Shown here: positions 16,960-24,910 of the stretch, piece after piece
How the letters are laid out: every line of letters starts with the position of its first letter
Position numbering within the stretch: position 1 is the first letter of the stretch
Assembly (NCBI GenBank): GCA_045863235.1
Contig: BTUM01000088.1
Location: forward strand, 1 to 30,513
Direction: 5' to 3'
DNA length: 30,513 nucleotides
Origin: Candidatus Xenobia bacterium
Lineage (GTDB): Bacteria; Vulcanimicrobiota; Xenobia; Xenobiales; QWHO01
Position numbers and translations under genes: made by a program
Notes under the pieces: model-generated
The model's database searches: none
Told to the model about the DNA's origin: nothing
What the model saw: only the letters and a program-made list of their open reading frames with translations

Positions 16960-18026
16960 AGACGCTGCAAGAGCTGCATGGTGGGCAGCGAGGTGGCGAT
17001 CACCACGGTGCCCACCACCAGCCCCATGAAGAGAAGGGCCAGCGGCTCGAGCAGGGCGGTCATGGTGACCAGGGAGGCCTCCACCTCCTCCTCGTACATC
17101 AGGGCCGTTCGCTCGAGCAGGGTATCCAGCTGGCCCTGCTCCTCGCCGATGCGAAACATGGCGCAGACCACCGGGGGATAGACCTTCTCGGCTGCCTCGC
17201 CCATCGGCACGCCCTGGGTGACCTCACTGATGAACTCCTTGAAGCGGCGCTCCACGTCCCGATTCTGGCTCAGAGCTCCGATCACGTTCATGGACGGGCC
17301 CATGCCCATTCCGGCGCTGAGCAGGCTGGCCTGGGCCCCCAGCATGCGGGCGTAGGCGCTCTTGGCCAGCACCGGGCCGACCACCGGAATGTCCAGCACC
17401 CGCTCGTCCACGAATTTGCGAAGGGTCCGCTCATAGATCGGCCGACCGACCGTGGGCCAGATCACCACCGCGGTCACCAGCAGCACCAGAGCCAGCACAA
17501 TCGTGGCCGGATGGCCCACGATCTTGGCAGCAGTGATCAGCCAGGCTGTTAGAGCCGGAACCTCTGCTCCCAGGCTGGTGGCCATCTCGGCTTCGCGCGG
17601 GAAGACGAAGACCACCAGCACGCCCACGATCACGAAGGTGAGGCCCAGGAGCAGGGCCGGATAGGTCAGGGCGGAGATCAGCTTTTTTTGAAGGCGGGTG
17701 GTGCGCTCCAGGTAGTCGGCCAGGTCGCTCAGGACCCGATCGAGCTTGCCGGTCGTCTCGCCGGCGTGGATCAGATCGCAGGCCAGCGCCGGAAAGACCT
17801 GCGGATGCTCGCGCAGCGCCCGGCTGAGCATCACACCCGAGTGCACCTTGTGGACCACCTGCTCGAGGGCCTCGCGCAGCATGGCGTTCTCCTCGATGCT
17901 GAGGAAGCTGAGCGCCTGGTGGAGGGGAATACCGGCCGAGGTCATGGCCTGCAGGCGGCGGAAGAAGGAGGAGAGCACTTCGGTGGACAGGGATCGGACG
18001 AACCACTTCCTGGCCGGCTTGCTCAC
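16956..18026 (-). CDS. pilC: Type II secretion system F / type IV pilus platform protein (PilC/GspF family)
   Basis: FFRRLQAMTSAGIPL, AGETTGKLD, ALTYPALL, IGEEQGQLD, LLEP: two T2SSF domains. Confidence 0.9.
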   Translation of the reverse strand: MSKPARKWFVRSLSTEVLSSFFRRLQAMTSAGIPLHQALSFLSIEENAMLREALEQVVHKVHSGVMLSRALREHPQVFPALACDLIHAGETTGKLDRVLSDLADYLERTTRLQKKLISALTYPALLLGLTFVIVGVLVVFVFPREAEMATSLGAEVPALTAWLITAAKIVGHPATIVLALVLLVTAVVIWPTVGRPIYERTLRKFVDERVLDIPVVGPVLAKSAYARMLGAQASLLSAGMGMGPSMNVIGALSQNRDVERRFKEFISEVTQGVPMGEAAEKVYPPVVCAMFRIGEEQGQLDTLLERTALMYEEEVEASLVTMTALLEPLALLFMGLVVGTVVIATSLPTMQLLQRL

Positions 18027-18083
18027 ACCAGAGAGGGTTCGGGCTCCGGGAGAGGGTGCCCTGCGCTCCCACAGAGCGGGTGG

Positions 18084-20258
18084 TCAGGCTTGATGCGCTT
18101 GCGCGATCGCGGCCTGTCCCAGGGCCAGTCCTCCGTCATTGGGCGGCACCAGGCGGTGGGTGAGCACCTCGAGCCCGGCGCGCTCCAGGCGCTCCAGGGT
18201 GCTGCCCAGCAGCCGCATGTTCTGAAAGCAGCCGCCGCTGAGGCCGACAGATCGGTCGGGCGCGAACTGGCGAGCCAGCCGGAGCATCAGCTCGGCCAGT
18301 CCGTTGTGAAACCTGGTGGCCAGAAGGCCCGGCTGGACACCGGCCAGCAATGCGCACGCCAGCTCGCGCAGGGCCGGGCGAGTGTCGATGCGGCCGTGAC
18401 GGATGGGGAATTCCAGGCTCTGATCGGTCTCAAGACAGGCTGCTTCCAGCTCCATGGCGGCCTGGCCTTCGTAGCTGGAGCGGTGGCAGATCCCCAGCAG
18501 CGAAGAGACGGCGTCGAACAGCCGACCCAGGCTGCTGGTGGACAGGGCCGGGCCTCGTCCCACGTTGGCCAGCTCCAGCTCGGTGGCGGCCCGCACGCAA
18601 GGCAGACGAGGATCGAGCTCGACCTGGCTTTCGCGCAGGTACTCCAGCGCCTGGCGCACCGGGTTGCGGATGGCCGAGTCGCCCCCCCGCAGGGGCATGG
18701 GGTCGAGGTGGGCCAGGCGCTCATAGCCCCGGTAGTCCCCCAGCAACACCTCGCCCCCCCAAAGGGTCTCGTCCGGTCCCCAGCCGGTGCCATCCAGGAT
18801 CAGCCCCAGCAACGGGCGGTCGGCGGGCCAGCCATGCTCGGCCAGCAGCGATGCCAGGTGGGCGTGGTGGTGCTGCACTTCCACGAAAGGGAGATCGCGC
18901 TGCTCGGCCAGGCGCTGGCCGAAGCCGCGGGATAGATATCCCGGGTGCATGTCGGCTGCGATGAGCCGCGCCTTCACGTCCAGCAGGCGCTCCAGGTGCT
19001 CGGCGTTCTGCTCCAGCCGCCGCAGAGTCTCCAGGTTCTCGACGTCTCCGATGTGGCCGCTCAGAAAGGCCTGGCGGCCCCGGGTGAGCGCCAGCGTGGC
19101 CTTCAGCTCGCCCCCCAGGGCCAGGGTGGGCACTGTGTCCAGGCTGAGAACAATGGGCTCGGGCACATAGCCGCGCGAGCGGCGCACCGGCACCGGTCCG
19201 CGCGGGCCCCACTGCAATACCGAGTCGTCGCATCCCACGGCGATGGGTCGGTCGTGGTGGATCACGGCGTCGGCCAGTTGCTCCAGGCGAGGATCGTTAT
19301 CGGTGGCGATGGGCTCGCCGGGCAGGTTGGCCGAGGTCACCACCAGCGGCCGCTGGCAGATCAGGTGGTGCAGGGCGCTGTAGGGCAGCATGACCCCCAG
19401 CGTGTGCATGCCGGGGGCCCACGGCTGAACGTCCCGCCTGGCCCTGGCCAGCACGATGGGGCGAGCCGGCGAGCGCAGCAACTCTTCCAGCTCGGGAGTG
19501 AGCTGCAGCCATTGGGCCGGATCCGGGACCATCAGGGCCAGCGGTCTGGTCGGGCGGTGCTTGAGCCGTCGCAGGCGCGCCACGGCCTGCTCGTGCTCGG
19601 CCAGGCAGATCAGGTGGTAGCCGCCCAGGCCCTTGAGGGCCAGCACCTGGCCCTGTTCGAGCCGGGCCCGGATCTGCTCCACCGGGAGGCTCAGCCGGGG
19701 GCCGCAGCGTGGACAGGCCGTGGGCTGGGCGTGAAAGCGCCTGTCGGCCGGGTTTTCGTACTCGCTTCGGCACGCCTGGCAGAGGGGAAACTCGCGCATG
19801 GTGGTGCGCTCGCGGTCATAGGGGAGGGCGGTCACGATGGTGTAACGCGGACCGCAGTGGGTGCAATTGAGGAACGGGTAGCCGCAGCGCCGGTCGGCAG
19901 GGTCGCTCAGCTCGCTCAGGCACTCCCCGCAAGTGGCCAGATCGGGAGGCAGCAGCGCGCCTTGCCCCTCCGCGGCGCTCTGAAGGATATGGAAGCCCTC
20001 CTCGGGCCGCTCCTGGAGCTCGAACTGCGTCACCTCATCCAGCTTCGCCCGGGGCGGCAGTCTCATCGGAAGACTCTCCCGAAAGCACCGCAAGCGCTCC
20101 TCGGGCCCCTGCAACTCGATGGTCACGCCTCCGCCGTCGTTTCGCACGAAGCCCGTCAACTCGAGCTGGCTGGCCAGGTTCCAGACGGTCGGCCGAAAGC
20201 CAACTCCCTGCACCGTCCCCCGGACGATCAGGCGCCAGCGCAAAGGTAGTCGACCCAA
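18084..20258 (-). CDS. hypF: [NiFe]-hydrogenase maturation carbamoyltransferase HypF
   Basis: Acylphosphatase-like GTVQGVGFRP, zinc fingers CGEC/CTHC and CQAC/CPRC, KGLGGYHL, QHHHAH, PPNDGGLALGQ. Start could alternatively be TTG 20243. Confidence 0.97.
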   Translation of the reverse strand: MGRLPLRWRLIVRGTVQGVGFRPTVWNLASQLELTGFVRNDGGGVTIELQGPEERLRCFRESLPMRLPPRAKLDEVTQFELQERPEEGFHILQSAAEGQGALLPPDLATCGECLSELSDPADRRCGYPFLNCTHCGPRYTIVTALPYDRERTTMREFPLCQACRSEYENPADRRFHAQPTACPRCGPRLSLPVEQIRARLEQGQVLALKGLGGYHLICLAEHEQAVARLRRLKHRPTRPLALMVPDPAQWLQLTPELEELLRSPARPIVLARARRDVQPWAPGMHTLGVMLPYSALHHLICQRPLVVTSANLPGEPIATDNDPRLEQLADAVIHHDRPIAVGCDDSVLQWGPRGPVPVRRSRGYVPEPIVLSLDTVPTLALGGELKATLALTRGRQAFLSGHIGDVENLETLRRLEQNAEHLERLLDVKARLIAADMHPGYLSRGFGQRLAEQRDLPFVEVQHHHAHLASLLAEHGWPADRPLLGLILDGTGWGPDETLWGGEVLLGDYRGYERLAHLDPMPLRGGDSAIRNPVRQALEYLRESQVELDPRLPCVRAATELELANVGRGPALSTSSLGRLFDAVSSLLGICHRSSYEGQAAMELEAACLETDQSLEFPIRHGRIDTRPALRELACALLAGVQPGLLATRFHNGLAELMLRLARQFAPDRSVGLSGGCFQNMRLLGSTLERLERAGLEVLTHRLVPPNDGGLALGQAAIAQAHQA

Positions 20259-20881
20259 CTCTCCAGGCCGAGGCCTCGTTTGGCCGAGGTCTCGTAGACC
20301 GGGGCCTGAGGGCGGATCTCGCGCAGCGCCCGCAGGGCCGACTCGCGGTCGAACTCGGCCGCCTCGGCCAGGTCGAGCTTGGTGATCACGAACACGTCCG
20401 CCGAGCTGAAGAGAGGGGGATACTTGGCCGGCTTGTCCTCGCCCTCGGTGGTGGAGAGCAGCACCGCCCGCAGGCTTTCGCCCAGGTCGTAGCTCGAAGT
20501 GCAGACCAGGTTGCCCACGTTCTCGATGAACAGGAAGTCGAGCTCCTCGAGGCTCCAGCCCTCCAGGTGGCGCTCGATCATGTCCGCCTCCAGGTGGCAG
20601 GTGCCCCCGGTCGAGATCTGCCGCACCGGCGCACCGCTGCGAGCGAGCCGGCGGGCATCGTTGTCCGTCTGCAGATCTCCCGTCAGGGCCGCCACCCTCT
20701 TGCCCCGCTCGGCCAGAGCTTTGAGCGTGGCCTCGAGCAGCAGGGTCTTGCCGCTCCCGGGGCTGGAGACCAGGTTGACGACCCTGACCCCGGCCCGCGC
20801 GAACCGCTCGCGCAATGCCCGTGCCAGCTCGTCGTTTTTCTTGAGGATGCCCTCACGAAGCTCGAGAATGCGCGGTTTCAT
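20228..20881 (-). CDS. hypB: Hydrogenase nickel incorporation GTPase HypB, 217 aa
   Basis: SSPGSGKT, CHLEA, ENVGNLVC, EGEDKPAKYP, TKLDL. GGAGG precedes ATG 20881; the track start at 21352 is over-extended. Confidence 0.96.
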   Translation of the reverse strand: MKPRILELREGILKKNDELARALRERFARAGVRVVNLVSSPGSGKTLLLEATLKALAERGKRVAALTGDLQTDNDARRLARSGAPVRQISTGGTCHLEADMIERHLEGWSLEELDFLFIENVGNLVCTSSYDLGESLRAVLLSTTEGEDKPAKYPPLFSSADVFVITKLDLAEAAEFDRESALRALREIRPQAPVYETSAKRGLGLESWVDYLCAGA

Positions 20882-21212
20882 CCGCCACCTCCAGAGACAG
20901 GATGTTGAGCTCGCGCCCCCGGCGCAGCTCGCCCGAAGGCACTCCGCAGCCTGGGCAGAGCATGCGAGACAGGGGCTGGAACGTCTGCTGGCAACTCGAG
21001 CAGAAGAGCTCGACGGGGACCGCCTGCACCTCGAGTCGGCAGCCTGACAGCGGCGTGCCGGCGGTAGCCTGGTCGAAGCAAAAGCGCAGCGCTTCCTCGA
21101 CCACGCCCGACAGGGCTCCGATCTCAATGGTGACGCACAGCACCCGCTGTCCCGGGGCCAGGGCTTCTTCGACCCGTTCGACGACGGCGCGCGCGATGGA
21201 GAGCTCGTGCAA
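20853..21212 (-). CDS. hypA: Hydrogenase nickel metallochaperone HypA
   Basis: MHELSIA start (TTG), GALSGV, CSSC and CPGC zinc motifs, GRELNI. Confidence 0.95.
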   Translation of the reverse strand: MHELSIARAVVERVEEALAPGQRVLCVTIEIGALSGVVEEALRFCFDQATAGTPLSGCRLEVQAVPVELFCSSCQQTFQPLSRMLCPGCGVPSGELRRGRELNILSLEVADETAHSRAS

Positions 21213-21258
21213 GATACGTGCGGGCTTCGCCTGGGAGCCGGGGGCCTCCTCGGTCGGG

Positions 21259-21408
21259 GCGGGTCACGATTCGCTCGCGGGACGGAGCCCAGAACCCGCG
21301 AGACGGAGCCCGGAACGCACGTTCGTCGTGATCGGGCTCGGAAGCGGATCATGATCCGCTCTCGGGGCGGATCCCGGAACGCACGTTCGTCGAGATCGGG
21401 ACGGAGCC
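21259..21408. repeat. Cluster of a 64-bp palindromic repeat family (one intact unit at 21296-21359 plus degenerate flanking units)
   Basis: The reverse complement of 21296-21359 matches the units at 30371-30513. GGAACGCACGTTCG recurs at 21312 and 21376 (period 64). Confidence 0.93.
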
Positions 21409-21418
21409 AGCAGGTTGC

Positions 21419-22284
21419 TTACAGCCGGAACTCGCGGCGAGCAATGTGTGCGAGCTGCTTGCGTAACCAGTCCATGAAGTCGGGCCGTTGCAGCTCCGAG
21501 GCGTCACGACCAGGCGGGGGAGGCCGATCAACCTGGCCCGGAGCTGGTCGAGTCGAGAGTCGTGAGCGTTTCCGTTGACCTCCAGGTTGACCAGGAGTTG
21601 GAAGCCCCGCACGCGCGTCACGATCAGAAAGTCCATACTCGCGCTGCGATACGGATAGTCGGGAGGAACCTCGAAGAGGCGGACCTGGACCTGGGGCACC
21701 AGAACCAGGGGTACGGGATGGGGAAGGGTCAGCGCGGGCTGAGGGCGGTCTCCCATGATACGCTGGGAGTCGTCGATGACCGGCAGTTCCCGGTAGCCGA
21801 GGCGCATGACGGACAGCAGATCGCGGCGCCCTCCGATGGCCAGGGCGTGAAGCAAGACCATCGCTTCATCACGGGATCCGCACATCGCGTCTTGAACGAA
21901 CTGGTTGACAGACTCTCGATCCTGCCGCGCCCGGCAAGCGGCCAGCAGGGCTCCAGCGATGGGATAGGCTCTGCGGGCGTGCAGAATGCGCACCCAGGTG
22001 GGTCGTTCCTGCTTACGCTGGATCTCGGGCAGAGTGGACCCCAGCTTCCGATAGAGCTGCCCGTGCCGACTTCGGTCACGGCCGGGCAGGGCTCCCAGCT
22101 TGGAGCTTGCCATCCCGAAGACCTTGGCCAGGCGAGCCAGGATGGCCGGTCCGGGATTTCGGCGCCCGGTCTCCAGAGCCGAGATCTGACCGCGGCTGGT
22201 CCGGATGAGTCGGGCCAGCCGGGCCTGGGACATCTGGTGCTGACTTCGCAGCGACTTCAGCTTCTGATGGAAGGGCAGGTTCAT
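21419..22284 (-). CDS. XRE-family HTH fused to DUF559/Vsr-like endonuclease domain; 1-bp frameshift near 21503 (restored 288 aa)
   Basis: HTH LKSLRSQHQMSQARLARLIRTSRGQISALETGRRNP. C-terminal GSRDE...PQV...DFL...LEVNGNAHDSRLDQLR. A shifted frame gives ASELQRPDFMDWLRKQLAHIARREFRL to TAA at 21421-21419. The span is 866 nt, one short of a multiple of 3. Confidence 0.72.
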
Positions 22285-22372
22285 GCTTTGATTGTGACGG
22301 CTGGATGTGAGCAAAGTGCTGCCAGATCGTTGCCCCGAGATTGCCGGGAAGTATCCGAAAGATGAACGAGCG

Positions 22373-22639
22373 TCAGCTCTCCAAGACCGGCTCGAAGGGC
22401 TCCATCTGCCACGAGCCCATGGCGATCTCGAGGTCCATGAGGCTGGTGCGCGGCTCGATGGGCCGGCCTCGGAAGCCGTAGCTGGCGAGCAGGCGCTCGC
22501 GTACGACCTCGATCAGCTCGCTGTCGCCTTCGAAGACCAGCTCCTCTTCATCGCCAGCAAGGAGAACGCGCGCCTGGCGGCGGGGCTGACCGGGGCGATC
22601 GAGGGGGTGGGGCGGAGCCGTCAGGAGGTAGCGACGCAT
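22373..22639 (-). CDS. Small hypothetical protein, 88 aa (immunity-protein candidate)
   Basis: TGATG overlap with the upstream gene's stop; globular-looking sequence with an acidic stretch. Confidence 0.75.
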   Translation of the reverse strand: MRRYLLTAPPHPLDRPGQPRRQARVLLAGDEEELVFEGDSELIEVVRERLLASYGFRGRPIEPRTSLMDLEIAMGSWQMEPFEPVLES

Positions 22640-24090
22640 CAGCGTCCGCGGGCCGCCTCGATTGCCCCCAGCACCAGGAAGAAATGCTCGGGATCCTGGC
22701 GGTAGAGCTGCAGCAGGCGCTTGCCGTCGGTGAAGTGCTCCAGCCCCGTCGAGAGTACCTCGGTGGCCTGATCGCCGTAGACCTTCCCGACGTAGGGATG
22801 GATGAAGTGGTCTTCCTGGGCCATTTCCGTGGGCTCGTACTTACCCGCCGGACACAGGTCTGTGATCCGCGCGAACTGGCCGGGAGCATTGCCGGAGGCC
22901 TGGCTGCGGGCCGCCACCCAGCCCTTGTGAACCTGGCTCAGCGACGGGTTGACGAACTCGAGGCGGTGGGCCAGCTCGTGCAGGCAGACGCGCTTGTCGA
23001 AGTAACTGCCCACGTTGATGACGCCGGACTCGTGCATGTAGCGGGGACGGTCGTCCAGATAGCGGAACTTGATGGCCCTGGGCACCGGCAGCCCGGTCTG
23101 GTGGAAGAAGTCGTTCACCCAGCCGCGCACCTGGTCGGGCGTGATGCCCTTCTCGGCCAGCTTGTCCAGGGCGGCCTGGTCGAACGAGACCGCCTCACCG
23201 GCCACGTTCTCGCCGTGCGAGTGGGCCTCGCGCAGCTTTTTCAGGAAAGCGCCACAGAGCTCCTCGGCCCGGCGCAGGTTGGAGCTCTCGCGGGTGCGCT
23301 CGTGCTTGCGCAAGATCTCGCCCTCGTCCTGGATATCAGTCACGCGTTCATCCAGGGCCTCACGCTTGAGGCGCTCGGCCGGGCTCAGTCGCTCCGGCGG
23401 CATGGCCATTAGCTTACCATTGCTGGCGTAGATGTCCATTTGCTCGCGGGAGAGCTCGTCGATGCGGGTGGCCCGGACCGGGTCAGGCGTGGGGTCGAGA
23501 AACTGGTCCAGCTTCTCGCGAAAGCCTGGGGCCAGCCGGTCCATCGCCTGCAGGCCCAGTTCGATCTGGGACTGGTGCGGGCCGGGCCGAGCGTCCGACC
23601 AGCCAACCGTGCGCCGGGTCAGGTCGGAGGAGGCGGTGATCATGGGGTCGGAGCTGGCCGCGGGCAGGCCGGACGGCATCAGCAGGAGGGGCGCCGCCGA
23701 GACGGGGAGGGCGCCCGAGCCGAGCAGCAGGCTCGGCCCCCCCTGACCCAAGGTGAGCTCGGCCTCGGGAGGAACTCTCACCCAGGAGTGGGGCTCGATG
23801 GCCTTGCCGTCGAGCAGGGTGCCGTAACGCGAGCCCCGGTCGCGCAACCAGAGACTCCCGTTCTCGTGCTTGAGCTGGGCGTGCTGTCGGCTTACCCGCG
23901 GGTGCTCGAAGACCAGCTCGTTGGAGGACCGGCGACCCAGATTTACCGGGGTACCGTCGAGGGGAACCTCCAGGCAGCGCCCATCCGAACAGGTGAGCAG
24001 CGTGGTCGCGGCCACGTTCTGAGGGCCGGCAAAGAGCTGATGAGCCCCGGGCAGGAAAGGATCAGTCAGCCGAACCGGTTGCATCGACAT
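22639..24090 (-). CDS. FHA-domain protein with C-terminal HEXXH zincin-like metallopeptidase domain
   Basis: FHA: LGRRSSNELVFEHPRVSRQHA...DRGSRYGT. Peptidase: VCLHELAHRLE (HELAH at 22966-22980), YVGKVY, ATEVLS. True start may be ATG 24084. Confidence 0.85.
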   Translation of the reverse strand: MSMQPVRLTDPFLPGAHQLFAGPQNVAATTLLTCSDGRCLEVPLDGTPVNLGRRSSNELVFEHPRVSRQHAQLKHENGSLWLRDRGSRYGTLLDGKAIEPHSWVRVPPEAELTLGQGGPSLLLGSGALPVSAAPLLLMPSGLPAASSDPMITASSDLTRRTVGWSDARPGPHQSQIELGLQAMDRLAPGFREKLDQFLDPTPDPVRATRIDELSREQMDIYASNGKLMAMPPERLSPAERLKREALDERVTDIQDEGEILRKHERTRESSNLRRAEELCGAFLKKLREAHSHGENVAGEAVSFDQAALDKLAEKGITPDQVRGWVNDFFHQTGLPVPRAIKFRYLDDRPRYMHESGVINVGSYFDKRVCLHELAHRLEFVNPSLSQVHKGWVAARSQASGNAPGQFARITDLCPAGKYEPTEMAQEDHFIHPYVGKVYGDQATEVLSTGLEHFTDGKRLLQLYRQDPEHFFLVLGAIEAARGR

Positions 24091-24091
24091 C

Positions 24092-24121
24092 AGGGTAGCA
24101 CGGGAGGGCTCAGGGCGGCAA
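24092..24121 (-). promoter_or_regulatory. Putative sigma70 promoter with extended -10 for the FHA gene (leaderless at ATG 24084)
   Basis: Minus strand TTGCCG-N18-TACCCT with TG one base upstream of the -10, then 7 nt and ATG 24084; no Shine-Dalgarno at that ATG. Confidence 0.4.
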
Positions 24122-24123
24122 CC

Positions 24124-24867
24124 TCAGCGCGGCTGGTCGTAATCGATCACCAGGTTGCCGCGCTCGTCGAGTCGGAAGGTGCGCTGGACCCCGTCGTAGT
24201 CGCTGATGTGCTGGGGGCTCTCGGTGATCTCGACGAAGGTGATGTTCTCCACCGGAGGAGCCAGCGCTTTGAGCGCGTCGGATGCCTTGCCCGGCGTGAT
24301 CTCGCCCCCGGCCCGCTGCACCGTCGACTTCAAGTCCTTCAGGCTCACCATGCTCTGAAAGTTCTTGCCGTCCGAGGTGTGGGCGTGCAGCATCAGGGCC
24401 GAGCCGGTCTCAGGCGAGCTCTGCCCGGTCCCGAAGAGGTCCACGGTGGCGATGTTGCCGTCCTCGGGTGCGATGACCGCGGCTGTTTTGACCTCTTGAA
24501 AGCTGACCTGCAGCTGATCGCCGTGCAGTCGGAACACGTAGTCCACCACCGGGTGGGTCATGCCCGGGGGCAGCTCCCCGAAGGTCATCCAGCAGTCTTG
24601 CCCATCCTTGCGCGAGAGCGCCCGGGCCACTTCCTGGCCGGTGGCCGTGCCGCCCTTCTGGCGCACCGCCTCCTGCAGGTCGGCGTAAGAAACCGCGCCG
24701 GCGCCACCGTTCTCGCTGCGCAGCATGACGGAGGTATCCTGGCCCGGCTTGAACTCGCCCGAGCCGTCGAAGCTCACCACCGCGGGCGGTTCGGGGAAAG
24801 CCGGGCTCTTGTAGGGCATCACCGGGGCGGTATGGGTCGTGCGGGCGTTGGGATCGATGCTACTCAT
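24124..24867 (-). CDS. Hypothetical protein made of two diverged ~100-aa repeats, 247 aa
   Basis: Start MSSIDPNAR at ATG 24867 (track start 25080 overlaps the SGNH gene). Internal duplication VSYADLQEAVRQKGG / VSLKDLKSTVQRAGG. Confidence 0.8.
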   Translation of the reverse strand: MSSIDPNARTTHTAPVMPYKSPAFPEPPAVVSFDGSGEFKPGQDTSVMLRSENGGAGAVSYADLQEAVRQKGGTATGQEVARALSRKDGQDCWMTFGELPPGMTHPVVDYVFRLHGDQLQVSFQEVKTAAVIAPEDGNIATVDLFGTGQSSPETGSALMLHAHTSDGKNFQSMVSLKDLKSTVQRAGGEITPGKASDALKALAPPVENITFVEITESPQHISDYDGVQRTFRLDERGNLVIDYDQPR

Positions 24868-24910
24868 GAGCTGGTAGATTCTCCCGGGGGGAGCTGGAAG
24901 CCTGCGATCC

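Noticed and set aside
11640..21520. Programmed ribosomal frameshifting or phase variation at the indel sites
   Set aside because: I saw no X XXY YYZ slippery heptamer or long homopolymer/SSR at any site, only runs of 1-3 G/C.
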